Origin: Candidatus Woesebacteria bacterium
Lineage (GTDB): Bacteria > Patescibacteriota > Microgenomatia > UBA1400 > MFAQ01
NCBI GenBank assembly: GCA_035389185.1
Contig: DAOORK010000001.1
Span: 510,218 to 574,217 of the forward strand
Reading direction: 5' to 3'
DNA: 64,000 nucleotides
Of this stretch, positions 56,417 through 64,000 are shown in pieces. Position numbers and translations under genes: made by a program. Position 1 is the stretch's first letter; every line of letters begins with the position of its first letter. Below the pieces are notes generated by a model. The model searched no databases. It was not told the DNA's origin and saw nothing but the letters and a program-made list of their open reading frames with translations.

Positions 56417-58483
56417 ATGCAAAAAAATTACGATCATACACAGTACGAAGATAAACTCTATAAAACTTGGGAGGAGAGCGGAGCATTTACTCCCCCGAGC
56501 GGGGAAGAATTGCTGAAGAGTGGTAAAAAGCCCTTCACCATTATCATGCCCCCACCCAACGCTAATGACCCATTGCATATTGGCCACGCGATGTTTGTAA
56601 CTATCGAGGATATTTTTATTCGCTATCACAGAATGAAAGGCGAAGCTGCTTTATGGCTTCCAGGAACTGATCATGCAGGAATCGAAACGCAGTTCGTTTT
56701 TGAGAAAAAACTAGCTAAGGAAGGTAAAAGTAGGTTCGATTTTGACCGTGACACACTTTACAAAATGATCTGGGATTATGTGAAGGAAAATGGAGAAGTA
56801 GCCATTAACCAGATGAAAAAACTGGGGGCAACGGCGGATTGGAGTAGATACAAATTTACTCTCGACCCTGAAATTGTGGCTGAAGTAACCAAAACTTTCA
56901 AAAAGTTACATGATGACGGACTTATTTACCGAGCAGAAAAATTGGTTAATTACTGTACGAAGTGCGGTACGGCGTACTCGGAACTGGAAGTGGAGTATCA
57001 GGAGAAAAATGATCCTCTTTATTACATCAAATATGGTCCTTTTACACTCGCAACGGTTCGCCCCGAAACCAAGTTTGGGGATACTGCCGTGGCGGTTCAC
57101 CCTGACGATAGTCGATATAAAGAGTGGATTGGAAAAGAAGTCGAGGTTGAGGGTTTAAATGGGAAGTTCAAATTAAAGGTGATTGCCGACGAACTGGTTG
57201 ACCCTGAGTTTGGAACCGGTGTAGTAAAAGTAACACCCGCTCACGATCCAAATGACTTTGATATGGGGCAACGCCATGGACTGAAGATGGTACAAGTGAT
57301 TGGATTGAACGGGAAACTGACTGAAGTGGCTGGAAAGTATGCCGGAATGTCTGTTTTGGATGGAAGGAAAAAAGTGGTTGAGGATTTGCAAGAAAAGGGA
57401 TTGATAGAAAAAATTGATGAGAAATATGTACACAGAATAGGAACTTGTTATCGATGTGGACGCACTATCGAACCACTTCCAATTAAGCAGTTCTTTATTA
57501 AAGTTAAACCCTTGGCTGATAAGGCTTTGGCGGCACTGGACTCAAAAGAAACCAAGATATTGGGGGCCGGGAGAGATAAAATTTTGCGACACTGGCTTAT
57601 GAACCTTAGGGACTGGAATATTAGCCGACAGATTGTCTGGGGAATCCGCATGCCTGTTTGGTATATGGATGAAAGCAAAACAGAGTATGAGGTTTCTGAA
57701 ACTTCACCTGGAGAAGGATATATCCAAGAGACGGATACCTTTGATACATGGTTCTCTTCCGGTCAGTGGCCAGTAGTTACTTTGAAAACTAACAAGCCTG
57801 GTGATTTTGAGGCATATTATCCGACAGACATTATGGAGACAGCTTATGACATCCTCCCCTTTTGGGTAATGAGAATGATGCTTTTGTCAATTTATTTGAC
57901 CGGAAAATCTCCATTTAAGTATGTATACCTTCATGGACTGGTCCGGGATGAAAAAGGACAAAAGATGAGTAAGAGTAAGGGAAACGCCATTAACCCACTT
58001 GATCTATGCACAAAATACGGTACAGACTCAGTGCGTATGGCTCTCGTGATGAGCACTACGGCAGGGCAAGATAGTAACACCGGTGAAAATAAGGTTCGTG
58101 GTATGCGTAACTTCGGAAACAAAATCTGGAATGCTGGGCGCTATATTGCAGAGAAAACAAATGAGGATGTAGTACTAAAGGGAGAAAAAGATGAAGAGTT
58201 TATGAATAAGCTTTCAGCCGTCACTAAAGAAGTGACCAAGCTCCTTGATCAGATGAAGGTTGGCTTGGCGTCTGAGACGGTCTACAACGAGTTCTGGCAC
58301 TGGTTTTGTGACGAGGGTATTGAGATGAACAAGCAAAAGCAGGTAAGTGATGAGGTCTTGAAGAATGGATACCAAACAATATTGAAGTTGTTGCATCCTT
58401 TTGTGCCTTTTGTGACTGAAGCTGTATGGCAAGAGATGTTTACGAATGAAGAGTTACTGATGATTGCCGATTGGCCAAAATAA
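56417..58483 (+). CDS. valS: Valine--tRNA ligase (no C-terminal coiled coil)
   Basis: PPPN, HIGH, GTDHAGI, DWNISRQ, KMSKS; ends at ADWPK. Confidence 0.96.
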   Translation: MQKNYDHTQYEDKLYKTWEESGAFTPPSGEELLKSGKKPFTIIMPPPNANDPLHIGHAMFVTIEDIFIRYHRMKGEAALWLPGTDHAGIETQFVFEKKLAKEGKSRFDFDRDTLYKMIWDYVKENGEVAINQMKKLGATADWSRYKFTLDPEIVAEVTKTFKKLHDDGLIYRAEKLVNYCTKCGTAYSELEVEYQEKNDPLYYIKYGPFTLATVRPETKFGDTAVAVHPDDSRYKEWIGKEVEVEGLNGKFKLKVIADELVDPEFGTGVVKVTPAHDPNDFDMGQRHGLKMVQVIGLNGKLTEVAGKYAGMSVLDGRKKVVEDLQEKGLIEKIDEKYVHRIGTCYRCGRTIEPLPIKQFFIKVKPLADKALAALDSKETKILGAGRDKILRHWLMNLRDWNISRQIVWGIRMPVWYMDESKTEYEVSETSPGEGYIQETDTFDTWFSSGQWPVVTLKTNKPGDFEAYYPTDIMETAYDILPFWVMRMMLLSIYLTGKSPFKYVYLHGLVRDEKGQKMSKSKGNAINPLDLCTKYGTDSVRMALVMSTTAGQDSNTGENKVRGMRNFGNKIWNAGRYIAEKTNEDVVLKGEKDEEFMNKLSAVTKEVTKLLDQMKVGLASETVYNEFWHWFCDEGIEMNKQKQVSDEVLKNGYQTILKLLHPFVPFVTEAVWQEMFTNEELLMIADWPK

Positions 58484-58504
58484 ACCCACCTGATGGTGGG
58501 TTTT
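58482..58504. terminator. Bidirectional terminator
   Basis: AAACCCACC-TGAT-GGTGGGTTTT. Confidence 0.8.
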
Positions 58505-58506
58505 GA

Positions 58507-58779
58507 TTATTCGTCCTTGACTGTGTAGGTTTGGAATTCGTACCTGAGTAAGCCCTTTTCGACTAATGAGTTCAAAAGCTCTTCGAGAGTTTCGCTAACA
58601 TCAAAAGGGCCGATCTTTTCTTGACGACAAGCGTCTTTAAGTTCCCAAATAGTGAAACTGTTGAGCCTGTGAATCAAGTTGTGGATCTTACGGAGATTTT
58701 CCTGATGATGAGCGATTGATACTGTACGGTATTCGTGCTCAATTAGTGAGCTAGGGTACTCTCTTAGTTTTTCAGACAT
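58507..58779 (-). CDS. Orphan small protein, possible winged-helix
   Basis: AGGAGG SD; LEELLNSLVEKGLLRY..Y resembles a winged-helix end. Confidence 0.6.
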   Translation of the reverse strand: MSEKLREYPSSLIEHEYRTVSIAHHQENLRKIHNLIHRLNSFTIWELKDACRQEKIGPFDVSETLEELLNSLVEKGLLRYEFQTYTVKDE

Positions 58780-58818
58780 TTTTCCTCCTGGTAATGAACA
58801 ATCTGGATTGTAACATAC

Positions 58819-58846
58819 AAAAAGGCGCCTCGCGGGCGCCTTTTTT
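58819..58846 (-). terminator. rplY terminator (bidirectional)
   Basis: AAAAAGGCGCC-TCGCG-GGCGCCTTTTTT. Confidence 0.85.
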
Positions 58847-58860
58847 GACTAGCTAATTTT

Positions 58861-59556
58861 TTATTCAGCTTTTGTTTCTTCAGCAGGAGATTCACCTTCG
58901 GCTGGCTTTTCGCCTTCTGTGGCTTCACCTTCGGCAGCACCTTCGGCGCCAGTTGCGTCTTCAGCAACTTCTTCAGCAACAAGAGGCTCTTCTTCCTTCT
59001 GAGGTTCTTGTAGAGATACAACCATTTGTTCAGGATCTGTTTTGATCTCAACCTCAGATGACACCTTGGCATCAGATACTTTTAGCTGATCGCCAATTTC
59101 CTTAAGTGCTGAGATATCGAAAACAATACTTTCAGGAATGTCAGTGGGTAGAGCTTCAACTTCAATTTCGTTGAGGGACTGGGACAGAACAGCCACATTG
59201 GTGTTGACAAGTTCGGATTCTCCAGTAATTTCTACAGGAACGTTGGCGGTAACTTTTTCCTTAAGATTAACCTGATGAAAGTCGATGTGAAGTGTATCAC
59301 CGGTAACAGGATTTAAAGCGACTCCGGTAACGAGTGTGGGGCGTTCTTTATCTTCACCTTCAACATTTATCCAGATAAGGCTAGTCTCTCCAGCCTCTTT
59401 ATAGGCACGATTAAAATCAACAGATCCAACTTGAATTGCTTGGCTGTCAATGGTTTTTCCAAAAAGGTTGGCGGGAATGACGCCTTGACGACGAAGTTTT
59501 TTAACTTTACTCCCAAGTACAGTTCTCTTGTTTGCTTTCAGTGTAAGCTTTTGCAT
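58861..59556 (-). CDS. rplY: 50S ribosomal protein L25/Ctc
   Basis: LRRQGVIPA, HIDF, EVEALP; acidic tail. Confidence 0.95.
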   Translation of the reverse strand: MQKLTLKANKRTVLGSKVKKLRRQGVIPANLFGKTIDSQAIQVGSVDFNRAYKEAGETSLIWINVEGEDKERPTLVTGVALNPVTGDTLHIDFHQVNLKEKVTANVPVEITGESELVNTNVAVLSQSLNEIEVEALPTDIPESIVFDISALKEIGDQLKVSDAKVSSEVEIKTDPEQMVVSLQEPQKEEEPLVAEEVAEDATGAEGAAEGEATEGEKPAEGESPAEETKAE

Positions 59557-59594
59557 GAATCGTATTGTAACTTATTGAGATAAGGATCTCAACT

Positions 59595-62225
59595 TTACTC
59601 CATTTTTTCTATCAGACTGAGACCAAAGGTGGTGGTACTTGGCGGAAGAATGAGATTTAATGATTGTGGTTTGAAGTCTGCTGTTTGAGTAACAACTGAG
59701 ACCTTAAGTGAATCTGGATAGTTAATGGAAAGATTTATCCCTGGATCTACGGTCCCCGGCTGTCGATACTCGGTGAACGAGTATGAGGATGGGGCTGTAA
59801 GTGAACTTGCAGAGGTTGTTGTCATTTTAAAAGAAACAGAACGAGCCTGGTTGTTTTCTAGGTCGATGGATATTGTGTAATGATCTAACTGATGAATATT
59901 TTCCTTGATTACATTTTTCATTGAGTAAGGAAGATTGTCGAGATATATCTGATCCAACGTAGAGGGGGCGGATAAATATAGATGATAGTTGATGGCAGAA
60001 GAGACCGTTGATGAGAGAGGATTTGGAAGATACTCGACCTTGTATTCATGAGTGTTTTGAGTCGCTGAGAGAGTAATGGTGTGACTTACAGTACGATTGC
60101 TCCATGGTGTGGTGTTTTTTGTGTTTGTCCAACCCTCACTAAGATAGCCAGACTCAGAAAAACATTTTTGAGTCCCGGTTATGCCGGTTTGACATGGATG
60201 AGAGCCAATAATTCCTGAGAACGATTGAGTACTAATGATTCTTTCAACACTTGTGTCTGAAGACCAAAACAGAACTTGATTGTTATTGATGACTTTGGCA
60301 ATGACACGACCAAGTATGGGAAGAGGAATTTGATGATTAAAGAAACGGTTTAGATATTCATCAACTACTTTTTGATACTCATCAACACCATTCTCAGTGA
60401 TGATCCGTGCTTTAAACAATTCTAGTTCGTTAGCATCTTCCTCAGCTAACAAATCTTCAAATAGCAAGTTGTTTACAGCAACGATAAAATTGGGTTTAAT
60501 TTTGATTGCCGTTTCAAAGTAACTGACAATTTCAGGAGAGGCAAGAGAGAAATCTGGATTTTGAGCTATGTCTTTTATAGAAATGGTTGTTTTTTTTGCC
60601 AAACGATCTTTGGCTTTGGTATTGGTAGCATTTTGATAAAGAAGTTCAATCTCGGATGGTTTGTAAAACTGATATGAACTTAATCGACCTTGAAAAATAT
60701 TTAGCAAGAGAAAATAATCGACCTCTCCCCCGTTTGGTTTGAGAATCTGGTTGTTTTGCATAACAAAAAGAATATTTTGAGGAGTGTTTTCACCGACGAG
60801 GAAGGGTATTAAATCTGAAAGTTTGATGTATTGAACAATTTGTTCTTCCAACAACTGAAGATTGGTTAGCTCTGAGCTTTCTATTAGTTTTGTTTCTACA
60901 AGAGAGGGTAATCGATGGTTGCTACTTAGGAACGATATTTGGTTTACATTTTCGTATATTTGACTGAGATTCGTGTGCAATGCCAGACTAAGATCTGTGT
61001 AGTTAGTGTTTTCTTCTTGGCTGTTTAGCGAGTGATACAAAGTTTCTGCCAAAATGTACGTTTGCTGAATATTTTCAATGCTTGATTGGGTGTAGTTAAT
61101 GAAGGAGAACAGATTGTATATTTTTTGAGAGGATGAGGGAGAAATAAAACTTAGTGCAGGGTCGATAAAATTGAAGAGTGACTCCCCTATTGATTCTGCC
61201 GAGTGAGCATTTTTTAACGTTTTTACTGAACTTGAAACATCTCCATTGAGAAGTGTTCGCGCTGATTGACGAGTGTTTTGCAAAGCAATATAGGTGAAGG
61301 CAAGAAATCCAACTGCAATTAGGCAGTAAACAGCAATTAGAACTTGGATGGTTTTTTTAATTATTTTTTTGGGAGTGATAAGTTTTGTTTTTTCTTTTGG
61401 CTTTGTGGGGTGTGCTAGCCAAAGTGCTAGTTTTTCAAACCTTTTTTTTGAAGGTTTTGTAGAAATATCGAGCTGTTTGTTTGCCTGATACTGAGCGACA
61501 ACACCAGAGATGGTGTCTGCGATGTCGTCAGATGTTTCCCAGTTTAGTTCTGCTTTTGCTTTTGTGGAGAGGTTTTTTAGACTACTTGACTGAGGGTTGT
61601 TTTCTTTGGTGGCATTAATTTCAAAGTTTTCAGGACCTTGATAGAGTTTTTTCAGCAGATAGGCCAGTTCAAGATCGCTGGTAGGATCACCTACGATCCA
61701 GAAAGTATTCCCGGAAGTGGTATTAAGAAAGAATATTTTTGCGATGGCTGTTAAGTAATCGTTGATCGATAACGGATAAAAACAGTCTTCTCCTTTTTGG
61801 GAAATTTTTATTTCTCCTATGGCTGTTGATTGTTGAATTAAGAGGTCAAAGGGGGTGATAGGTTGGGAGCTTTGATATTGATAGAGATCTTTACAAAGAA
61901 CTAGCCGATGAAGAGGATTGTTTTTGCCCAGATCGTCGAGCATTTTTTGAAAATAGTGATTTTTTTCGGTATCTATCTCTTGATTGTGAAGAATAGTAAC
62001 GATTAGCTTTACCCCTTTTTCACGACAAAGACTGTAGGCGCTAATTAAGCTTTGACTTACATCATTTAGATTTTGACTTAGATCAATAAAGAAGAGTAAG
62101 TAATTATTTTTTTCGGGGGAGTGTTTGGTGAATTTTAGATCAGGGTGAATTCTATCTTTGACAAGGTAATCCTCAAGATGAGGATTGTTACTACTTATCG
62201 AGACTAAAGCTTCACGAGCGGGCAT
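59595..62225 (-). CDS. Large membrane protein, degenerate epimerase-like N-terminus plus DUF4012-like ectodomain
   Basis: FYPLSINDY, KAKAELNW; TM; MQNNQILKPNGG (compare QNxxExRxxGG); NPDF; RQPGT. Confidence 0.6.
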   Translation of the reverse strand: MPAREALVSISSNNPHLEDYLVKDRIHPDLKFTKHSPEKNNYLLFFIDLSQNLNDVSQSLISAYSLCREKGVKLIVTILHNQEIDTEKNHYFQKMLDDLGKNNPLHRLVLCKDLYQYQSSQPITPFDLLIQQSTAIGEIKISQKGEDCFYPLSINDYLTAIAKIFFLNTTSGNTFWIVGDPTSDLELAYLLKKLYQGPENFEINATKENNPQSSSLKNLSTKAKAELNWETSDDIADTISGVVAQYQANKQLDISTKPSKKRFEKLALWLAHPTKPKEKTKLITPKKIIKKTIQVLIAVYCLIAVGFLAFTYIALQNTRQSARTLLNGDVSSSVKTLKNAHSAESIGESLFNFIDPALSFISPSSSQKIYNLFSFINYTQSSIENIQQTYILAETLYHSLNSQEENTNYTDLSLALHTNLSQIYENVNQISFLSSNHRLPSLVETKLIESSELTNLQLLEEQIVQYIKLSDLIPFLVGENTPQNILFVMQNNQILKPNGGEVDYFLLLNIFQGRLSSYQFYKPSEIELLYQNATNTKAKDRLAKKTTISIKDIAQNPDFSLASPEIVSYFETAIKIKPNFIVAVNNLLFEDLLAEEDANELELFKARIITENGVDEYQKVVDEYLNRFFNHQIPLPILGRVIAKVINNNQVLFWSSDTSVERIISTQSFSGIIGSHPCQTGITGTQKCFSESGYLSEGWTNTKNTTPWSNRTVSHTITLSATQNTHEYKVEYLPNPLSSTVSSAINYHLYLSAPSTLDQIYLDNLPYSMKNVIKENIHQLDHYTISIDLENNQARSVSFKMTTTSASSLTAPSSYSFTEYRQPGTVDPGINLSINYPDSLKVSVVTQTADFKPQSLNLILPPSTTTFGLSLIEKME

Positions 62226-62416
62226 TAGATTAAGTATAGCTGATAGAGTAGCTAGTATTTATTGGTCAATCTTTGTATTTACATTTTATTATTTTGTAAT
62301 TAGGCTCGATTTATTTTTTAATTTAAGCTTGATCATAAGAGTCTTTTGTATATACGTTTCACACATGAAAACCCAGGTTTGGATTCAAATATAGTTTTCC
62401 ACATCGATATTCTTCA

Positions 62417-62442
62417 CAAAAAACCTCCTTGCGGAGGAGGTG
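62417..62442 (-). terminator. Terminator after RNase HI
   Basis: Minus strand ACCTCCT-CCGCA-AGGAGGT-TTTTT. Confidence 0.75.
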
Positions 62443-62461
62443 CTTTGCCAAAAGGAGAGAT

Positions 62462-62893
62462 CTATTTATCCAAGGCCTCGTTAACCAGTTTGTCAGCTTG
62501 TTTGTTTTTCTCACGGGGAACGTTGACAAAAGTCATTAGCTCAATTTGTTTTTTGTCTCTTAAGTCTTTAACTAAATTAACTATTTGTTGTCGGAGAACT
62601 TGAAGGTGTGGCTGTTTTACTTTGTATTTGCCGGTGATTTGTTTGACGATGAGTTCGGAATCAAGAATATATTTTAGTTTTTGAATACTAAGATGTTTTT
62701 CGGCTATAACCTCTAGACTTCGAACAACAGCCATGTACTCGGCAACATTGTTAGTGGTCTCACCAATGGTTTCCGAGACAGTAAAAACTTCTTCTTCACC
62801 AATATGAGCATAAACACCTATGGCCGCAGGTCCTGGATTTCCACGAGCACCGCCGTCGGTATTAATTTCAAGAAAAGCAATTTTTTTATCCAT
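62462..62893 (-). CDS. rnhA: Ribonuclease HI family protein
   Basis: TDGGARGNPG, TNNVAEY, DSELIVKQ, NKQADKLVN. Confidence 0.93.
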   Translation of the reverse strand: MDKKIAFLEINTDGGARGNPGPAAIGVYAHIGEEEVFTVSETIGETTNNVAEYMAVVRSLEVIAEKHLSIQKLKYILDSELIVKQITGKYKVKQPHLQVLRQQIVNLVKDLRDKKQIELMTFVNVPREKNKQADKLVNEALDK

Positions 62894-62901
62894 GAGATAT
62901 T

Positions 62902-64000
62902 TTAGAGCAAAATTGATAAGGCAAAAATAACAATAAGCTTATTTTGGGGTAATGTCCAGAAAAAGTGATCAAAACAGCCTGACAAAAGAATTATACCAAC
63001 CAGCTGTTGTGTTTGTGGATTCGATACTGATTGAAGGATTTTGTTTTTTACAAAAACAAGAAGGAATAAGAGACTTCCAAAAAGGCCGAGTTCGGATAGA
63101 TATAAATAGAAAAGGTTGTGAATTGGCTGAAGTTTACTAGGTGTTAGAAAAGATCCGGGAAGAGCCTCACCGAGAGCGGGGATAAAACCACCGTAACCAG
63201 TACCAAGAAAAGGGTGTTGACGAAGAATCTTTTGGAGATAGGGAAAGAAAAATAACCGATCCGAGACTGACTGCCAGGTTGTGCGATAGACAAGAAGTGA
63301 TGGTTCAAGTACGGTAATGATAATTGATAGAGATATTAGAATTACAGGCCTGGTGTTGATGATCAGCAAAAATAGAGTCAAAAGAGCGGATTTGGAGAGA
63401 GACATCACAATACCAAGGAAGGGGACTATACGATACCATTTTTTGGTGGCATTGAGAGAAAACAGGTAATAAACAATTAGGAGATAGCCAGCAAGAGAGT
63501 TGGGGTGTGAAAATACAGATGGAGCACGAACAAAATCATAACCAAAAAAGTTTAAACGAGCAATACCCGGAGTGGAGATGGTGTAGGCCCTTTCGCCCAG
63601 TAAATAAAGAGGGCCTCCAAGGGAAGATTGAAATATTGTTTGAAGTATCTGAATTGAGATAACTAGGATTGACGAAAGCAGTAGAGGAGTCTCTATTGTT
63701 TTCCACGATAAATGACGAGTTCGCAAAGATAGAAAGGTAAAAATGTAAAGTAAGAGACGGATCCACCAGAAGAGTGTATTTAGGGGAGACTGGGCAAAAA
63801 GGGTGTTGATGATAATAAAAATGAGTATGGAAAAACAGAGGAAAAGATGTTTTTTGAGAAGTGCAATAACTTGGGGGAGGGTAAGGACAGTGAGAAGAAC
63901 AAGAAGAAGGTCAACAAAATATATGGTGGGGGAGAGGTAATCAATTTTTACTCCCGCTACTCGCGAGAAGTCTGGCCAAAAATGAAGACCAAACTGAGTC
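62902..64000 (-). CDS. O-antigen ligase family membrane protein (5' partial)
   Basis: HPNSLAG, PFLGTG, QPIHN..SELG; the frame continues upstream of 63726 toward the window edge (..SPLNTLFWWIR..). Confidence 0.85.
   Translation of the reverse strand, partial: TQFGLHFWPDFSRVAGVKIDYLSPTIYFVDLLLVLLTVLTLPQVIALLKKHLFLCFSILIFIIINTLFAQSPLNTLFWWIRLLLYIFTFLSLRTRHLSWKTIETPLLLSSILVISIQILQTIFQSSLGGPLYLLGERAYTISTPGIARLNFFGYDFVRAPSVFSHPNSLAGYLLIVYYLFSLNATKKWYRIVPFLGIVMSLSKSALLTLFLLIINTRPVILISLSIIITVLEPSLLVYRTTWQSVSDRLFFFPYLQKILRQHPFLGTGYGGFIPALGEALPGSFLTPSKLQPIHNLFYLYLSELGLFGSLLFLLVFVKNKILQSVSNPQTQQLVGIILLSGCFDHFFWTLPQNKLIVIFALSILL

Overview
This 64 kb window looks like chromosome from a Patescibacteria (CPR) bacterium, probably Microgenomates. 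That is inferred from the gene types present (PilN/PilO plus Thr-rich surface proteins, DUF2298, DUF4012-like, CxxC-x17-CxxC, a VirD4-like ATPase) and from the shortened ValRS and PGK. Most of the window is housekeeping and envelope genes: tpiA, pcrA, FemAB-like, ung, rmuC, metG, tatD, GT2/MraY/UbiA, tRNA-Cys, gap, pgk, tgt, groEL/groES with CIRCE, tsaD, T-box-valS, rplY, rnhA. Four things stand out. (1) An accessory island at about 23.0-26.2 kb holds an unannotated 55-aa ORF with a full promoter and Shine-Dalgarno (SD) site, enclosed by a 15-bp inverted repeat and next to a half-size M3-like HExxH peptidase. That pair is bracketed by 19-bp direct repeats 1200 bp apart. The island also has a DUF3800 gene with a structured 3' RNA and a degenerate macrodomain gene. 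(2) Core genes look leaderless (-10 box 5-8 nt before the start), while scattered stand-alone orphan cassettes carry a promoter, a strong SD and a terminator; two of them share a conserved ~70-bp upstream element. (3) A 1698-aa surface protein has domains nested inside a DUF2341 unit. (4) A VirD4-like ATPase is fused to a NUDIX domain and carries an in-frame palindromic-repeat insert. All family calls come from motif recognition by eye, not database searches.
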